Part shown: positions 48,993-61,535 of the stretch, in pieces
Layout: every line of letters starts with the position of its first letter
How positions within the stretch are numbered: the first letter of the stretch is position 1
Assembly: GCA_030390025.1 (NCBI GenBank)
Contig: CM059432.1
Location: forward strand, 4,216,001-4,280,000
Reading direction: 5' to 3'
DNA from: Squalus acanthias
Lineage: Eukaryota
DNA length: 64,000 nt
Made by a program: the position numbers and the translations under genes
Notes under the pieces: generated by a model
The model's input: the letters and a program-made list of their open reading frames with translations, nothing else
What the model was told of the DNA's origin: nothing
Databases searched by the model: none

Positions 48993-50422
48993 ATGGCAGC
49001 TCCATGCCCCAGGGAGAGAGCCCGCAGATTCTGCGACCATGCATTGGAGGTGTAGGTGTCCGCTGTGGAGAGACGGAGGGTGGTGCTGTACCCGGAAAGT
49101 GGCAGGAGGCCCTCGCCACAAGTCTTCCGCACCATGTGGAGGGAGGTAGCCCAGCAGGTCTCGGGCAGCACTGGTGGTCCCCAGGACCCACACACAGTGC
49201 AGGAAGAAATTTAACGACCCCACTCGGGTGCTCAGGGTGAGTCAATGCTTCAACAAATGTTACATACCACCATCTGAACCACAGTCTGCACACACTGCCC
49301 AAAGCACCACACCCCCAGCACTCACCCACCAACAATCTCCACCTACCAACACTCACACCCACATCTCACACCTTGCCCACAATGACAGCTATTCAACTAT
49401 GGTAGGCACATCACCCAAACACATTGCTCCACACTCACTCACTCACTTTCCTTTCTCTTGCAGGCCAAGTGACTCACAACAGGAGGGAGCAGGAGCGCAC
49501 AGGCAAGGGACAAGCCGACACCCAACCACTGTCTGCGCTGGAGAATCGAGTGCTGCACATTATTGGGTGCCAGGTGCTGGGCGCCGTGGCCACTGGTGAC
49601 GTTGACCCCCTTGGGGACAACAACGGTATTTTCATCCCTACTCCTTCTTCTCATATCCCACTTCCCCTTCACCCCACAAGCCTTTCGCAATTTCCAGCTA
49701 ATCATGCTGTATGCATGCATTTCTCCCTTCCTGCCCCCCTCCCCTCACCTTAACCCGAATCTCGTGTCTTTATGCTTTCAGATCATGAGCAAACAGCTGA
49801 GCAGCCTGTCCCTGAGGGAACCATTGAGAGCGAGGCGGGAGAAGAGGAGGAGGAAGAACACACCGCGTCACTGCATGTCTCACCCGCAGGCATCCGCTCA
49901 GATACTGGCACTACGCGTTCTTTAGAGGCTAGTATAGTAGCGGAATCTGCACAGGATAATGCACTGGGGACAAGCGGGCTGCAGCAAGGCCTGGGGGAAA
50001 GGGTAGCTCGGGGGCCAGCTCCCCGGAGGGCGAGTTCGCGTGCAAGTTCTGCAGCACAGGACTCAGATGAGGACCTCGATGGGAAGGCCTTTAGAAGAAG
50101 GGTGATGGACATGCACACGGAGATGATAGGTGCAATGGCAAGGGTGCCCAAGAGACTCTCGGCAATGGTAAGGAGCGTGGAGAAGTCCGCCTCCAACATT
50201 GCACAGAGCTCTGCGCACACCATGGAGCCCATCATTTCCAATCTGCAAAGGATGGTAGACTCCCAGAGAGACCGTGGTGACCCAGACCTGATGCCGCGTG
50301 TGATGGGCGATCTGGCAGCTTCCATTGCAGCACATGTGGAAGCGACGCAACGTTTTAGTGCTACAATGCAGTCTATGCTTGGTGGCATCCAATCTCACTG
50401 CTCTCATGCCGTCTTAGCTTGA
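48993..50422 (+). pseudogene. Harbinger Myb/SANT-like DNA-binding gene, 3 exons (about 48993-49236, 49464-49625, 49782-50422)
   Basis: RERARRFCDHALEV*VSAVERRRVVLYP...WREVAQQV...PRTHTQCRKKFND. GT-AG introns (AGG|GTGAGT, TCTTGCAG|, ACG|GTATT, CTTTCAG|). In-frame TAG at 49053 and frameshifts. Confidence 0.85.
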
Positions 50423-50768
50423 TGCCACACAAGCTCTGACTGCTGCCATCATGGCTGGGTCTACCACCGTTGACCAGGGCTTTCACAGATTGCTAGGGAT
50501 GCCGAGGTGCTGCCCCGGGACTGGGCCAACACTTCATAGGAGCACTAGAGTAGGCAAAGGCACAATAACGAGAGGCACTAAGGGATTGCATAAAGGTGAA
50601 TAGTTAATATTGTTGTTGTAAATATGTGTTCACTGATTATTGATAAATTTATTAATTCAGTTTGGATTATTTTGTGATGTCTCTCATTTCAGCTTTGCGC
50701 TGTGATATGGCCTGCGACAGGGATGGAATGATGGGGATGTGGTGAGCAACGGGGATCTGGGGTTTAAT

Positions 50769-52182
50769 TTATTGGAACCGCAGTCTGATGAGGCGGTCAC
50801 GGATCAGGACAAAGCAGCCCACTTGATTGGCACCTCATCCACCACCTTAAACATTCACTCCCTCCACCACTGGCGTACCGTGGTTGCACTGTGGGAGTAC
50901 CATCACCACACGGACTGCAGCGGTTCAAGAAGGCAGCTCACCACCACCTTCTCAAGGGCAACTAGGGATGGGCAATAAATGCCGGCCTTGCCGGCGACGC
51001 CCACATCCCAGGAACGAATTTTTAAAAAGGACCATCATTCCAGAAGGCCGATTGATTTGCTGCCTCCTCCCTCGCTCCTGTTCCTCCTCCTCCTCCTCCT
51101 CCTCCTCCTCCTCGTCTTCCTCCTTTTCCTCCTCCACCTCCTCCTCTCCCTCTTCCTCCTCCTGAGGTAGTCCCACAATCCCTGGTGGCAAGGGCTGGGC
51201 CCTCATGATGGCCAAGTTGTGGAGCATGCAGCAGACCATCACGAAATGGGACCCCCGCTCAGCCGAGTACTGGAGGGCTCCTCCCGAGCGGTCAAGGCAG
51301 CGGAACCATTGCTTGAGCCCCCCCGATGGTCTGCTCGATGATGTTCCTGGTGGCGGCATTGCTCTCGTTTTATGATTGCTGGGCAGGAGTGTTAGGGTTG
51401 CGGAGAGGAGTCATGAGCCAGGTGGAGAGCGGATAACCCTTGTCTTCGACCAGCCAGCCGCTTGATGTGGTGGCCGGAAGAGTGCTGGCACACCACATCA
51501 AGCGGCTGGTGCAGGATGAAGGCATCGTGGCTGCTGCCAGGATAGCGGGCATTCACATTGAGGATTCGCTGTCTGTAGTCGCACACCAACTGCACATTAA
51601 GTGAGTGATAGCCTTTGCTGCTACGGAGACCTCAGGATTGTTATGCAGTGCCCGCAAAACCACATGGGTGCAGTCAATGGCGCCCTGCACCATGGGGAAT
51701 CACGCTATCCTGGCAAAGCCACATGCACGCTCGTCCTGCTTCTCTCTGGTGATGGGGAAGAAAATGTAGTCCCTTCTCCTACTGTAGAGAGCCTCTGTGA
51801 CCTCCCGGATGCAGTGACGGACAGCGAACTGCGAGATGTTCGCTATATCTCCTGTTGCAGACTGGAAGATCCGCTGGCGAAGAAATTGAGGGCGACGGTG
51901 ACCTTGACTGCCACTGAGGGAGCCGTGGTCGGCCTGATCTGAGGCTGGAGGTCTGGTTGCAGGAGGTGACTGAGTTCTGTGACCACCTCCTTGCTGAAGC
52001 GGAGAGCCTTCTAATACGCTGCTCCTCGCTCAATTAGAGGTAGGAGAAGTGCTCTCAGAATACCCACGGAGGGTAAAGGCTCCTGTTGAGAGCTCTCATG
52101 GCCCTTCTCCTCCCTCTGGCCACATGTTCTAATCTTTCTCGCTGCCTCCGCCGTAGATTCTGGAGGCCAGTACAGCCCCCAT
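50769..52182 (-). pseudogene. Harbinger (HARBI1-like) DDE transposase pseudogene
   Basis: Motifs [69 protein letters not shown] and an acidic tail. Has stops and frameshifts. LINE-B insert at about 50804-51028. Confidence 0.92.
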
Positions 52183-52699
52183 TAATGTAACCACGTCTAG
52201 CACTTCGAAATGTTGTGGGAATAAATGTAACTAATTGTTAGTAGCCACAACACCCCTGATACTCGACAACTTTAAGTGACTGAATTAAACTGTTGCAAAT
52301 GTCAAACTGACAAGGAAGCAGTGAAACAGCACTAACTTGACAGCTGCGACTCATTACTCATGATCCCTTTAAGCAGCACCCCTGTAGAGCCTCCTCTCCC
52401 TGTCGCTTTCGGGGCGAGGTGCTGAGGCAGGGGGCGAAAATTAATTTTGCAGATCGGGCTCCCAGTGAGCGTTGCACGCTCACTGACGTCACGATCTGCC
52501 TGGCGCTGAGGTCCCCGGCGGTAACTCATAGCGGTGGCGCTGTGGGGGGGCACTAACTGGAGGGACTAACCAACGGAATTTTTCCCCCATTAGGTTTTTA
52601 ACGACAATCTGGAAGTTTCTTGGCTTTTTAATTCCAGATTTATTATTTAATTAACTGAATTTAAATTCATTTCATTAGACCTCATTAGATCATGAAATG

Positions 52700-53055
52700 T
52701 TAGTACAAAGCCACACTCAGCCTCATCCTGCTGTGTCTCTCATCACATCCCCATCACTCTGCCACCCCTACCCTACTCCTGCACATCCTTACTCACACCA
52801 ACTTACCTTGCACCTCCACCCATCTCTCTCTATCTACATTATCCCATCCCCATCTCACTAGCCACCCCTCACACTCACCCTCATCCTAGTGCAATCATAC
52901 CAACTAACAACACACAAGGGTAGCCACTTGGGTGTTTTAAGCAATTTTTATGTAAAGTTTCTGTTCATGTGCTGTCAAACATTGAAATCTTTATTTTCAA
53001 CACTTTCTGGTCTTGGACAGATTTGTGTGCACCTTTGGAATTGGCTCAGTGAATA
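52700..53055 (+). mobile_element. Internal fragment of the 61536-63605 element family
   Basis: Alignable by eye to 61920-62195 (ACCAACTTACCTTG...CCCCATCTCACTAGCCACCCCTCACA...ACAACACACAAGGGTAG). Confidence 0.75.
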
Positions 53056-54207
53056 TAAGAACACAAGAACATAAGAATTAGGAGCAGGAGTAGGCTATTT
53101 GGCCCTTCAAGCCTGCTCCACCATTCAATAAGATCCTGGATGATATTCTACCTTTTTTTTATTCGTTTATGGGATGTGGGCGTCGCTGGCAAAGCCAGCA
53201 TTTATCGCCCATCCCTAGTTGCCCTTGAGAAGGTGGTGGTGAGCCGCCTTCTTGAACCGTTGCTGTCCGTGTGGTGAAGGTGCTCCCACAGTGCTGTTAG
53301 GGAGGGAGTTCCAGGATTTTGACCCAGCGACGATGAAGGAACGGCGATATACTTCCAAGTCAGGATGATGTGTGAATTGATGGTGAACTTGGAGGTGGTG
53401 GTGTTCCCATGCGCCTGCTGCCCTTGTCCTTCTAGGTGGAAGAGGTCGCGGGTTTGGAGGGTGCTGCTGAAGAAGCCTTGGTGAGTTGCTGCAGTGCATC
53501 TTGTAGATGGTACACACTGCAGCCACGGTATGCCGGTGGTGGAGGGAGTGAATGTTTAAGGTGGTGGATGGGGTGCTGATCAAGTGGGTTGCTTTGTCCT
53601 GGATGGTGTGGAGCTTCTTGAGTGTTGTTGGAGCTGCACTCATCCAGGCAAGTGGAGAGTATTCCATCACACTCCTTACTTGTGGTTTGTAGATGGTGGA
53701 AAGGCCTTGGTGAGGCAGGAGGTGAGACACACACCGCAGAATACGTAGCCTCTGATCTGCTCTTGTTGCCACAGTATTTATGTGGCTGGTCCAGTTAAGT
53801 TTCTGGTCAATGGTGAACCCCAAGATATTGATGGTGGGGGATTCGGCGATGGTAATGCCGTTGAATGTCAAGGGGCGGTGGTTAGACTCTCGCTTGTTGG
53901 AGGTAGTCATTGCCTGGCACTTGTGTGGCGCGAATGTTACCTGCCACTTATCAGCCCAAGCCTGAACGTCGTCCAGGTCTTGTTGCATGCAGACATGGAC
54001 TGCCTCATTATCTGAGGAGTTGTGAATGGCACTGAACACTGTGCAGTCATCAGCGAACATCCCCATTTCTGACCTTATGTTGGAGGGAAGGTCATTCATG
54101 AAGCAGCTGAAGAGGACACTGCCCTGAGGAACTCCTGCAGCAATGTCCTGGGGCTGTGATGATTGAGATCCAACAACCACAACCATCGTATGACTCCAGC
54201 CAGTGGA

Positions 54208-56970
54208 GAACATAAGAACATAAGAAATAGGAGCAAGAGTAGGACATTTGGCCCTTCGAGCCTGCTCCGCCATTTAATAAGATCATGGCTGATCTTCTAC
54301 CTCATCTCCACTTACCTGAACTATCTAGATATCCCTTGATTCCCTTAATATTCAAAAATCTATCGATCTCTGTCTTGAATATACTCAACGACTGAGCCTC
54401 CACAACCCTCTGGGGTAGAGAATTCCAAAGATACACCACCCTGAGTGAAGACATTTCTCCTCATCTCAGTCCTAAATGGCCGACCCCTTATTCTGAGACT
54501 GTGACCCCTGGTTCTAGACTCCCCAGCCAGGGGAAACATCCTCCCTGCATCTACCCTGTCAAGCCCTGTAAGAATTTTGAATGTTTCAATGAGATCACCT
54601 CTCATTCTTCTAAACTCTAGAGAATATAGGCCTAGTCTACTCAATCTCTCCTCATAGGACAATCCCCCCATCCCAGGAACCAGTCTGGTGAACCTTTGTT
54701 GCACTCCCTCTATGGCAAGTATATCCTTCCTTAGGTAAAGAGACCAAAACTGTACACAATACTCCAGGTGTGGTCTCACCAGGGCTCCATATAATTGCAG
54801 TAAGACGTCTTTACTCTTAAACTCAAATCCTCTTGTAATAAAGGCCAACATACCATTTGCTTTCCTAATTGCTTGCTGTACCTGCATGTTAACTTTCAGT
54901 GATTCGTGTACAAGGACAACCAGGTCCCTCTGAACACCAACATTTCCCAATCTCTCACCATTTAAAAAATACTCTGCTTTTCTATTTTTCCAACCAAAGT
55001 GGATAACTTCACATTTCTCCACATTATATTCCATTTGCCATGTTCTTGCCCACTCACTCAGCCTATCTATATCCCCTTGAAGCCTCCTTGCATCCTCCTC
55101 ACAACTTACATTCCCACCCAGCTTTATATCATCAGCAAACTTGGATATATTACATTTGGTCCCCTCATCCAAATCATTGATGTAGATTGTAAATAGCTGA
55201 GGCACAAGCACTGATCCTTGCGGTACCCCACTAGTTACAGCCTGCCAACCCGAAAACGACCTGTTTATTCCTACTCTCTGTTTTCTGTCCAATAACCAAT
55301 CCTCAATCCATGCTAGTATATTACCCCCAATCCCATGAGCCCCAATTTTATTTACTAACCTCTTGTGTGGCACCTTATTGAATGCCTTCTTAAAATCCAA
55401 ATACAGCACATCCACTGGTTCCCCCTTATCTATTCTGTTAGTTACAACCTCAAAAACCTCTAACAGATTCATCAAACATGATTTCCCTTTCATAAATCCG
55501 TCTTGACTCTGCCCAATCCTGTTATTATTTTCTAAGTGCCCTGTTACCACGTCCTTAATAATGGATTCTAGCATTTTCCCTACTACTGATCACAGAATCA
55601 CAGAATCACAGAATCCCCAAATGATGTCAGGCTAACTGGTCTGTAGTTCCTCGTTTTCACTCTCCCTCCTTCCTTAAATAGTGGGGTTACATTTGCTACC
55701 TTCCAATCTGTGGGAACCGTTCTAGAATGTTTAGAATTTTGGAAAATGACAACCAATGAATTCACTATCTCTATAGCCACCTCTTTCAAAACCCTAGGAT
55801 GTAGGCCATCAGGTCCAAAGGATTTATCGGCTTTCAGTCCCATTAATTTCTCCAGTGCTACTTTTTTACTAACACTAATTTCTTTCAGTTCCTCATTCTC
55901 GCTGGACCCTTGGTTCTCCACTATTTCCAGTAAGTTTTTTGCATCTTCTTCCATGAAGACAGACATAACGGGCTCGATTTTGCCCGGCCCGAGGAGGCGG
56001 GAATGGAGGCGTGTGGGGTGCTAAAATTGCAAAAAATGGTGGGCGGGCCCGACCCCACCTCCATCCCGCCTCCGAGCAATTTTCCCAAATGCGTGGTTTG
56101 TGATCCCGTCTCCGTCCCGCCTCCAAGAGGCGGGATAGGCCCTTAAGGCCCTTAACAACCACTTAATTGCCTCTATAATCCCATTTTGAGAGGCCGTTCT
56201 GATTTTAACACTTTTCCGATGTGATGCACGCCTCCTCTGAAACACGACGGTGAAACCTGACGGTAGCACACTTGGATTGCTGACTATCAGCTGCAGGTCC
56301 ACCATTAAGAAGGAGATTTGATCAATCATCATTCTGGGGGAACTTTTAGCAGTCATAACCATTGTTGTGGAACTTTGGAGCCTGGAGTAGTGGTGGTGGC
56401 GGTGGTGGTGGTGGTGGTGGTGAAAAAATCTGGGAGCAGACTTAGGTCTCCTGTTGCTCATTTTGCCTCCAGGTCCCTCTCACAGCAAAGGCCAAAAGCT
56501 TCCCAGTCTTTGCAGACCTTAAATGCAGCAGCAATGATGACATCATCAGAGGCGACTTTCAGACTGAAAAAACTAATTGGGTCATGGGTTCCCACATGCT
56601 GGAACTCAATTGCCCAATTAGGGGAAAATCGAATAATTCTCCCACATCCAATTGGAGTCGGGTGGCTAACACGAAAAGCGGATAACATGACCCCAGCCCG
56701 CCCCATGACAAAATCGAGCCCTATGTATTTGTTTAATTTCTCTGCCATTTCCTTATTCCCCATTATAAATTCTCCTGTCTCAGCCTGTAAGGGACCCACA
56801 TTTACTTTCACTAATCTTTTCCTTTTTACAGACCTATAGAAGCTTTTACAGTCTGTTTTTATGTCTCTCGCTAGTTTACTCTCATATTCTATTTTCCCTT
56901 TCTTTATCAGTTTCTTGGTCCTCCTTTGCTGAATTCGAAAATCCTCCCAATCCTCAGGCTTACTTCTTTT
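54208..56970 (-). mobile_element. CR1 LINE ORF2 fragment containing a MITE
   Basis: 404-aa RT ORF 54360-55574, with upstream parts 55598-55966 and 56722-56970. Confidence 0.93.
55970..56721. mobile_element. MITE with perfect 13-bp TIRs
   Basis: GGGCTCGATTTTG / CAAAATCGAGCCC. Interrupts CR1 between the NKY and SVF codons. Contains (GTG)n at about 56386-56422. Confidence 0.85.
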
Positions 56971-58035
56971 TTTTCCCCCGATTCCCATTGACTTCAGTTT
57001 TACTAGGGCTCCTTGATGCCACACTCGGTCAAATGCTGCCTTGTTGTCAAGGGCAGTCACTCTCACCTCACCTCTGGAATTCAGCTCCTTTGTCCATGTT
57101 TGGACCAAGGCTGTAATGAGGTCGGGAGCCGAGTGGTCTTGGCGGAACCCAAACTGGGCATCAGTGAGCAGGTTATTGGTGAGTAAGTGCCGCTTGATAG
57201 CACTGTCGATGACACCTTTCATCACTTTGCTGATGATTGAGAGTAGATTGATGGGGCTGTAATTGGCCGGATTGGATTTGTCCTGCTTTTTGTGGACAGG
57301 ACATACCTGGGCAGTTTTCCACACTGTCAGATAGATGCCAGTGTTGCAGCTGTACTGAAACAACTTGGCTAGAGGCACGGCTAGTTCTGGAGCATAAGTC
57401 TTCAGTATGACAGCCAGGATGTTGTCGGGGCCCATAGCCTTTGCTGTATCCAGTGCGCTCAGCCGTTTCTTGATATCACGTGGAGTGAATCGAATTGGCT
57501 GAAGACTGGCTTCTGTGATGGTGGGAACCTCAGGAGGAGGCTGATATGGATCATCCACTCGGCACTTCTGGCTGAAGATGGTTGCAAACGTTTCAGCCTT
57601 GTCTTTTGCACTCACGTGCTAGGCTCCACCATCATTGAGGATGGGGATATTCATGGAGCCTCCTCCTCCAGTTAGTTGTTTAATGGTCCACCAACATTCA
57701 CGACTGGATGTGGCAGGACTGCAGAGCTTTGATCTGATCCGTTGGTGTGGGATCTCTTAGCCCTGTCTATAGCATACTGCTTCCGCTGTTTAGCAAGCAT
57801 GTAGTCCTGTGTTGCAGCTTCCCTAGGTTGGCACCTCATATTTACGTACGCCTGGTGCTGCTCCTGGCATGCTCTTCTACACTCCTTATTGAACCAGGTT
57901 TGGTCACCTGGCTTGATGGTAATGGTAGAGTGAGGGATATGCCGGGCCATGAGGTTACAGATTGTGGTGGAAAACAATTCTGCGGCTGCTGATGGCCACA
58001 GCGCCTCATGGATGCCCAGATTTGAGCTGCTAGAT

Positions 58036-58365
58036 CTGTTCTGAATCTATCCCATCTCCACCTCATCTCCACTTTCCTGCACTATCCCCATATCCCTTGA
58101 TTCTCTTAATATTCAAAATCTATCGATCTCTGTCTTGAATATACTCAATGACTGAGCCTCCACAGCCCTCTGGGGTTGAGAATTCCAAAGATTCACCACC
58201 CTCTGAGTGAAGAAATTTCTCCTCATCTCAGTCCTAAATGGCCAACCCCTTATTCTGAGACTGTGACCCCTGGTTCTAGACTCCCCAGCCAGGGGAAACA
58301 TCCTCCCTGCATCTACCCTGTCAAGCCCTGTAAGAATTTTGTATGTTTCAATGAGATCACCTCCA
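58036..58365 (-). mobile_element. CR1 3' fragment
   Basis: GDLIETYKILTGLDRVDAGRMFP... Confidence 0.85.
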
Positions 58366-58907
58366 ATTCTGAGGACCAAGGTGAGAGAGTATAAAGGGCA
58401 CCCATGCTGATGGAATAGATGGCAGGTGAAGTAGAGATGACAGCAGCGATCTGTCAATGCCGAGAGAGGTAATGAGGTGAGGCTGGATGGAGATTTGTGG
58501 AAAGACTTGCAGCATGCTGAATCTGCTGTGGAAATGCAGTGAGGAAGAGCTTGTGGCTGAGGGAAGCGACCATCTGTCAGGTGGAAGCTTTTACTGTACA
58601 TTCGAAGCTGTCACGTAATCAGCTGGAGCAATGGCCACTGAACTCCCGCCTCAGGTTGACAGATTTGGTCACTGAACAGCGTGGTTCCCGTGGCCATGAA
58701 GTTAAAGTTAATAAGTAAGGTTACAAAGCCTCTCAAGGGTTTGGTAAGTACATTATAATGAGATTAATTGGGTCGCCCGCCGCTGCCTGTCGGGTCTGCT
58801 CAGCGCTGACAGACCCGACTCTGGGAAAGGCGCGTTGCGGCGGGTTGACAGTGGGTTCCCGACCCGCTGTCAAAAAGACCCACTTTCCCACCCAGAAAAT
58901 TCCGGCC
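58366..58907. mobile_element. Right end of a Harbinger-type element
   Basis: Ends CAGAAAATTCCGGCC followed by GTTAACTCTG. Interior is related to 63040-63605. Confidence 0.72.
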
Positions 58908-59017
58908 GTTAACTCTGTTTCTCTCTCCACAGATGCTGCCAGAGCTGCTGAGTACTTCCAGCATTTTCTATTTTTATTTCAGATATCCAGCATCCGCGGT
59001 ATTTTGTCTTTGTGCTT

Positions 59018-60160
59018 ATACACCAATAACCTGCTCACCGATGCTCAATTTGGGTTCCACCTGGACCACTCGGCTCCAGACTTTATTGCAGCCTTGGTCC
59101 AACAATGGACAAAGAAGCTGAACCCCAGAGGTGAGGTGAGAATGACTGACCTTGACATCAAGGCAGCATTTGACCGAGTGATGCATCAAGGAGCCCTAAT
59201 AAAACTGATGTCAATGGGAATCAGGGGGAAAACGCTCCACTGGCTGGAGTCATACCTAGCACAAAGGAAGATGGTTGTGGTTTTTGGAGGCCAATCATCT
59301 CATTGCCAGGACATCGCTGCAGGAGTTCCTCAGGGCAGTGTCCTAGACCCAACCATCTTCAGCTGCTTCATCAATGACCTTCCCTCCAACATAATGTCAG
59401 ATGTGGGGATGTTCACTGTTGATTGCACAGTGTTCAGTTCCATTCGCAACTCCTCAGATAATAAAGCAGTCCGTGCCCACATGCAACAAGACCTGGACAA
59501 CGTTCTGGACGACCTGGATACGGGGTAGGACATTTAGGACTGAGATGAGGAGAAATTTCTTCACTCAGAGGGTGGTGAACCTGTGGAATTCTCTATCACA
59601 GAAGGCTGTGGAGGCCAAGTCACTGAATATATTTAAGAAGGAGATAGATAGATTTCTGGACACAAAAGGAGTCAAGGGATATGGGGAGAGAGCGGGAATA
59701 TGGTATTGAGATAGAGGATCAGCATGATCATATTGAATGGCGGAGCAGGCTCGAAGGGCCGAATGGCCTACTCCTGCTCCTATTTTCTATGTTTCTATGT
59801 TTTTATGTTCAGGCATGGGCTGATAAGTGGCAGGTAACATTCGCGCCACACAAGTGCCAGGCAATGACTATCTCCAACAAGCGAGAGTCTAACCACTGCC
59901 CCTTGACTTTCAACAGCATTACCATCGCCGAATCCCCCACCATCAACATCCTGGGGGTCACCATTGACCGGAAACTTAACTGGACCAGCCACATAAATAC
60001 TGTAGCAACAAGAGCAGGTCAGAGGCTGTGTATTCTGTGGCGAGTGTCTCACCTCCTGACTCCCCAAAGCCTATCCACCACCTTCAAGGCACAAGTCAGG
60101 AGTGCGATGGAATACTCTCCACTTGCCTGGATGAGTGCAGCTCCAACAACACTCAAGAAA
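59018..60160 (+). mobile_element. LINE-B RT fragment with a CR1 3' insert (about 59525-59805)
   Basis: TNNLLTDAQFGF...DIKAAFDRV...GVPQGSVL; resumes at VQAWADKWQVTF. Confidence 0.87.
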
Positions 60161-60494
60161 CCCGAGAACTCCCCTGCTCTTCTTTGCAATAGTGCCATAG
60201 GAACTTTTACGTCCACCTGAGACGGCAGACGAGGCCTTGCTTTAACACTTCATCCTAAAGACAGATGATAGGGATCTGGGGGAGGCAGGAAATTTGACAG
60301 GTCCTCCCAGAAGCCAAGCCAAGAGTGGGACCTTCAAGGTACGGAGGGAGAAGTTGCAATCCCACAGGGTGGAGGCATAAAGTGAGTGGGAAGATTTTTT
60401 GTGGGTCTGATTATATTTGATTGCTTGCCAATTCTTGTGCAGGGCACCAGTATTTACACGTCACCATAGTCAACTTTAATGTATAAAAGCACAG

Positions 60495-60748
60495 CAAGAT
60501 CTCATGGCATTTTTTCAAAGAAGAGCATTGGGGGGGAGTTCTCCCCGGTGTCCTGGGGCCAATATTTATCCCTCAACCAACATCATTAAAAACAGATTAT
60601 CTGGTCATCATCACATTGCCGTTTGTGTGAGCTTGCTGTGCGCAAATCGGTCGCCGCGTTTCCTATATAGTAACAGTGGCTACACTTCATTGGCTGTAAA
60701 GCGCTGAGGACGTGAAAGGCGCTATAGAAATGCAAGTCTTTCTTTCTT
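60495..60748 (+). mobile_element. DeuSINE-type SINE 3' part
   Basis: Body and tail as in 3327-3804. Confidence 0.8.
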
Positions 60749-61069
60749 ATTTTGGATTCAGCCTAAACTATGCAGCCTCATCGCACTGGCGTGGAACAGT
60801 TTAGCTCCTTAGAAATGCTTAATTTGAAAAGCGCCGGAATTAAAAAGATCCGTTACTTCCCCACTGCAAACTAAGCCTATTCTATTAAGAACCTAATTTC
60901 GACCTGTCAAATGTACAATTAAAATGACTCCTCTCTGGAGGATCCGCTTTATTTGTAGCAATTACAAATTGGCAGGTGGTGAGCCAAGCGCTCCAGTTGG
61001 CTATGTTTAACTCTCCGAGCTCGACATGCCCAAGAGGGTTAACTCAATTGATGAGTCAAACTCAATCAA

Positions 61070-61350
61070 CTAGAATCATAGAACGGTACGGCACAGGAGG
61101 AGGCCGTTCGGCCCGTCGTGCCTGTGCCGGCTCTTTGAACGAGCTCTTCAATTAGTCCCACTCCCCCCTGCTCTTTCCCCATAGCCCTGCAAATTTTCCC
61201 CCTTCAAGTATTTATCCAATTCCCCTTTTGAAAGTTGCTATTGAATCTGCTCCCACCGCCCTTTCAGGCAGCGCATTCCAGATCACAACAACTCGCTGCG
61301 TAAAAATAAAATTCGCCTCCTCTCCTCCCCCTCTGGTTCTTTTGCCGATT
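61070..61350 (-). mobile_element. CR1 3' end
   Basis: Same 3' UTR as 17292-17560. Confidence 0.8.
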
Positions 61351-61535
61351 ACTAGAATCCAGCAATGGAAAAAATGGTGACGGGCGCTGTTTATTATTTA
61401 ATATCTCAGCTGCCTTCTTAATATTATGAAAAAATGGTCACACCTTGGCTTCCTCCTCCTGCATTATTCCAACTCCAATGTATCAAACTAGAATGTTTTA
61501 CGAGTTCTGACGAGAGTTCATCGACCAGAAACGTT

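Larger units (their letters stand above)
48634..52588. mobile_element. Complete but decayed PIF/Harbinger DNA transposon (about 3.95 kb, two convergent genes)
   Basis: TIRs GGGGGAGAAATT / AATTTTTCCCCC with flanks GTT / ATT. Myb/SANT gene on +, DDE transposase on -. Confidence 0.92.
53155..58035 (-). mobile_element. LINE-B ORF2 (longest copy) split by a CR1 at about 54208-56970
   Basis: ORFs 57672-57977, 56458-57615 (N-terminal part only) and 53215-54273 (GVPQGSVL...MFADDCTV). Confidence 0.9.

Noticed and set aside
50769..52182. Host HARBI1 gene
   Set aside because: Has stops, frameshifts and a LINE insert, and lies between TIRs with a Myb partner, so it is a transposon copy.
56021..56461. 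Poly-His ORF
   Set aside because: Translation of a (GTG)n microsatellite inside a MITE.
56458..57615. 385-aa ORF as a novel chimeric RT
   Set aside because: Read-through across LINE-B, CR1 and MITE junctions of nested insertions.
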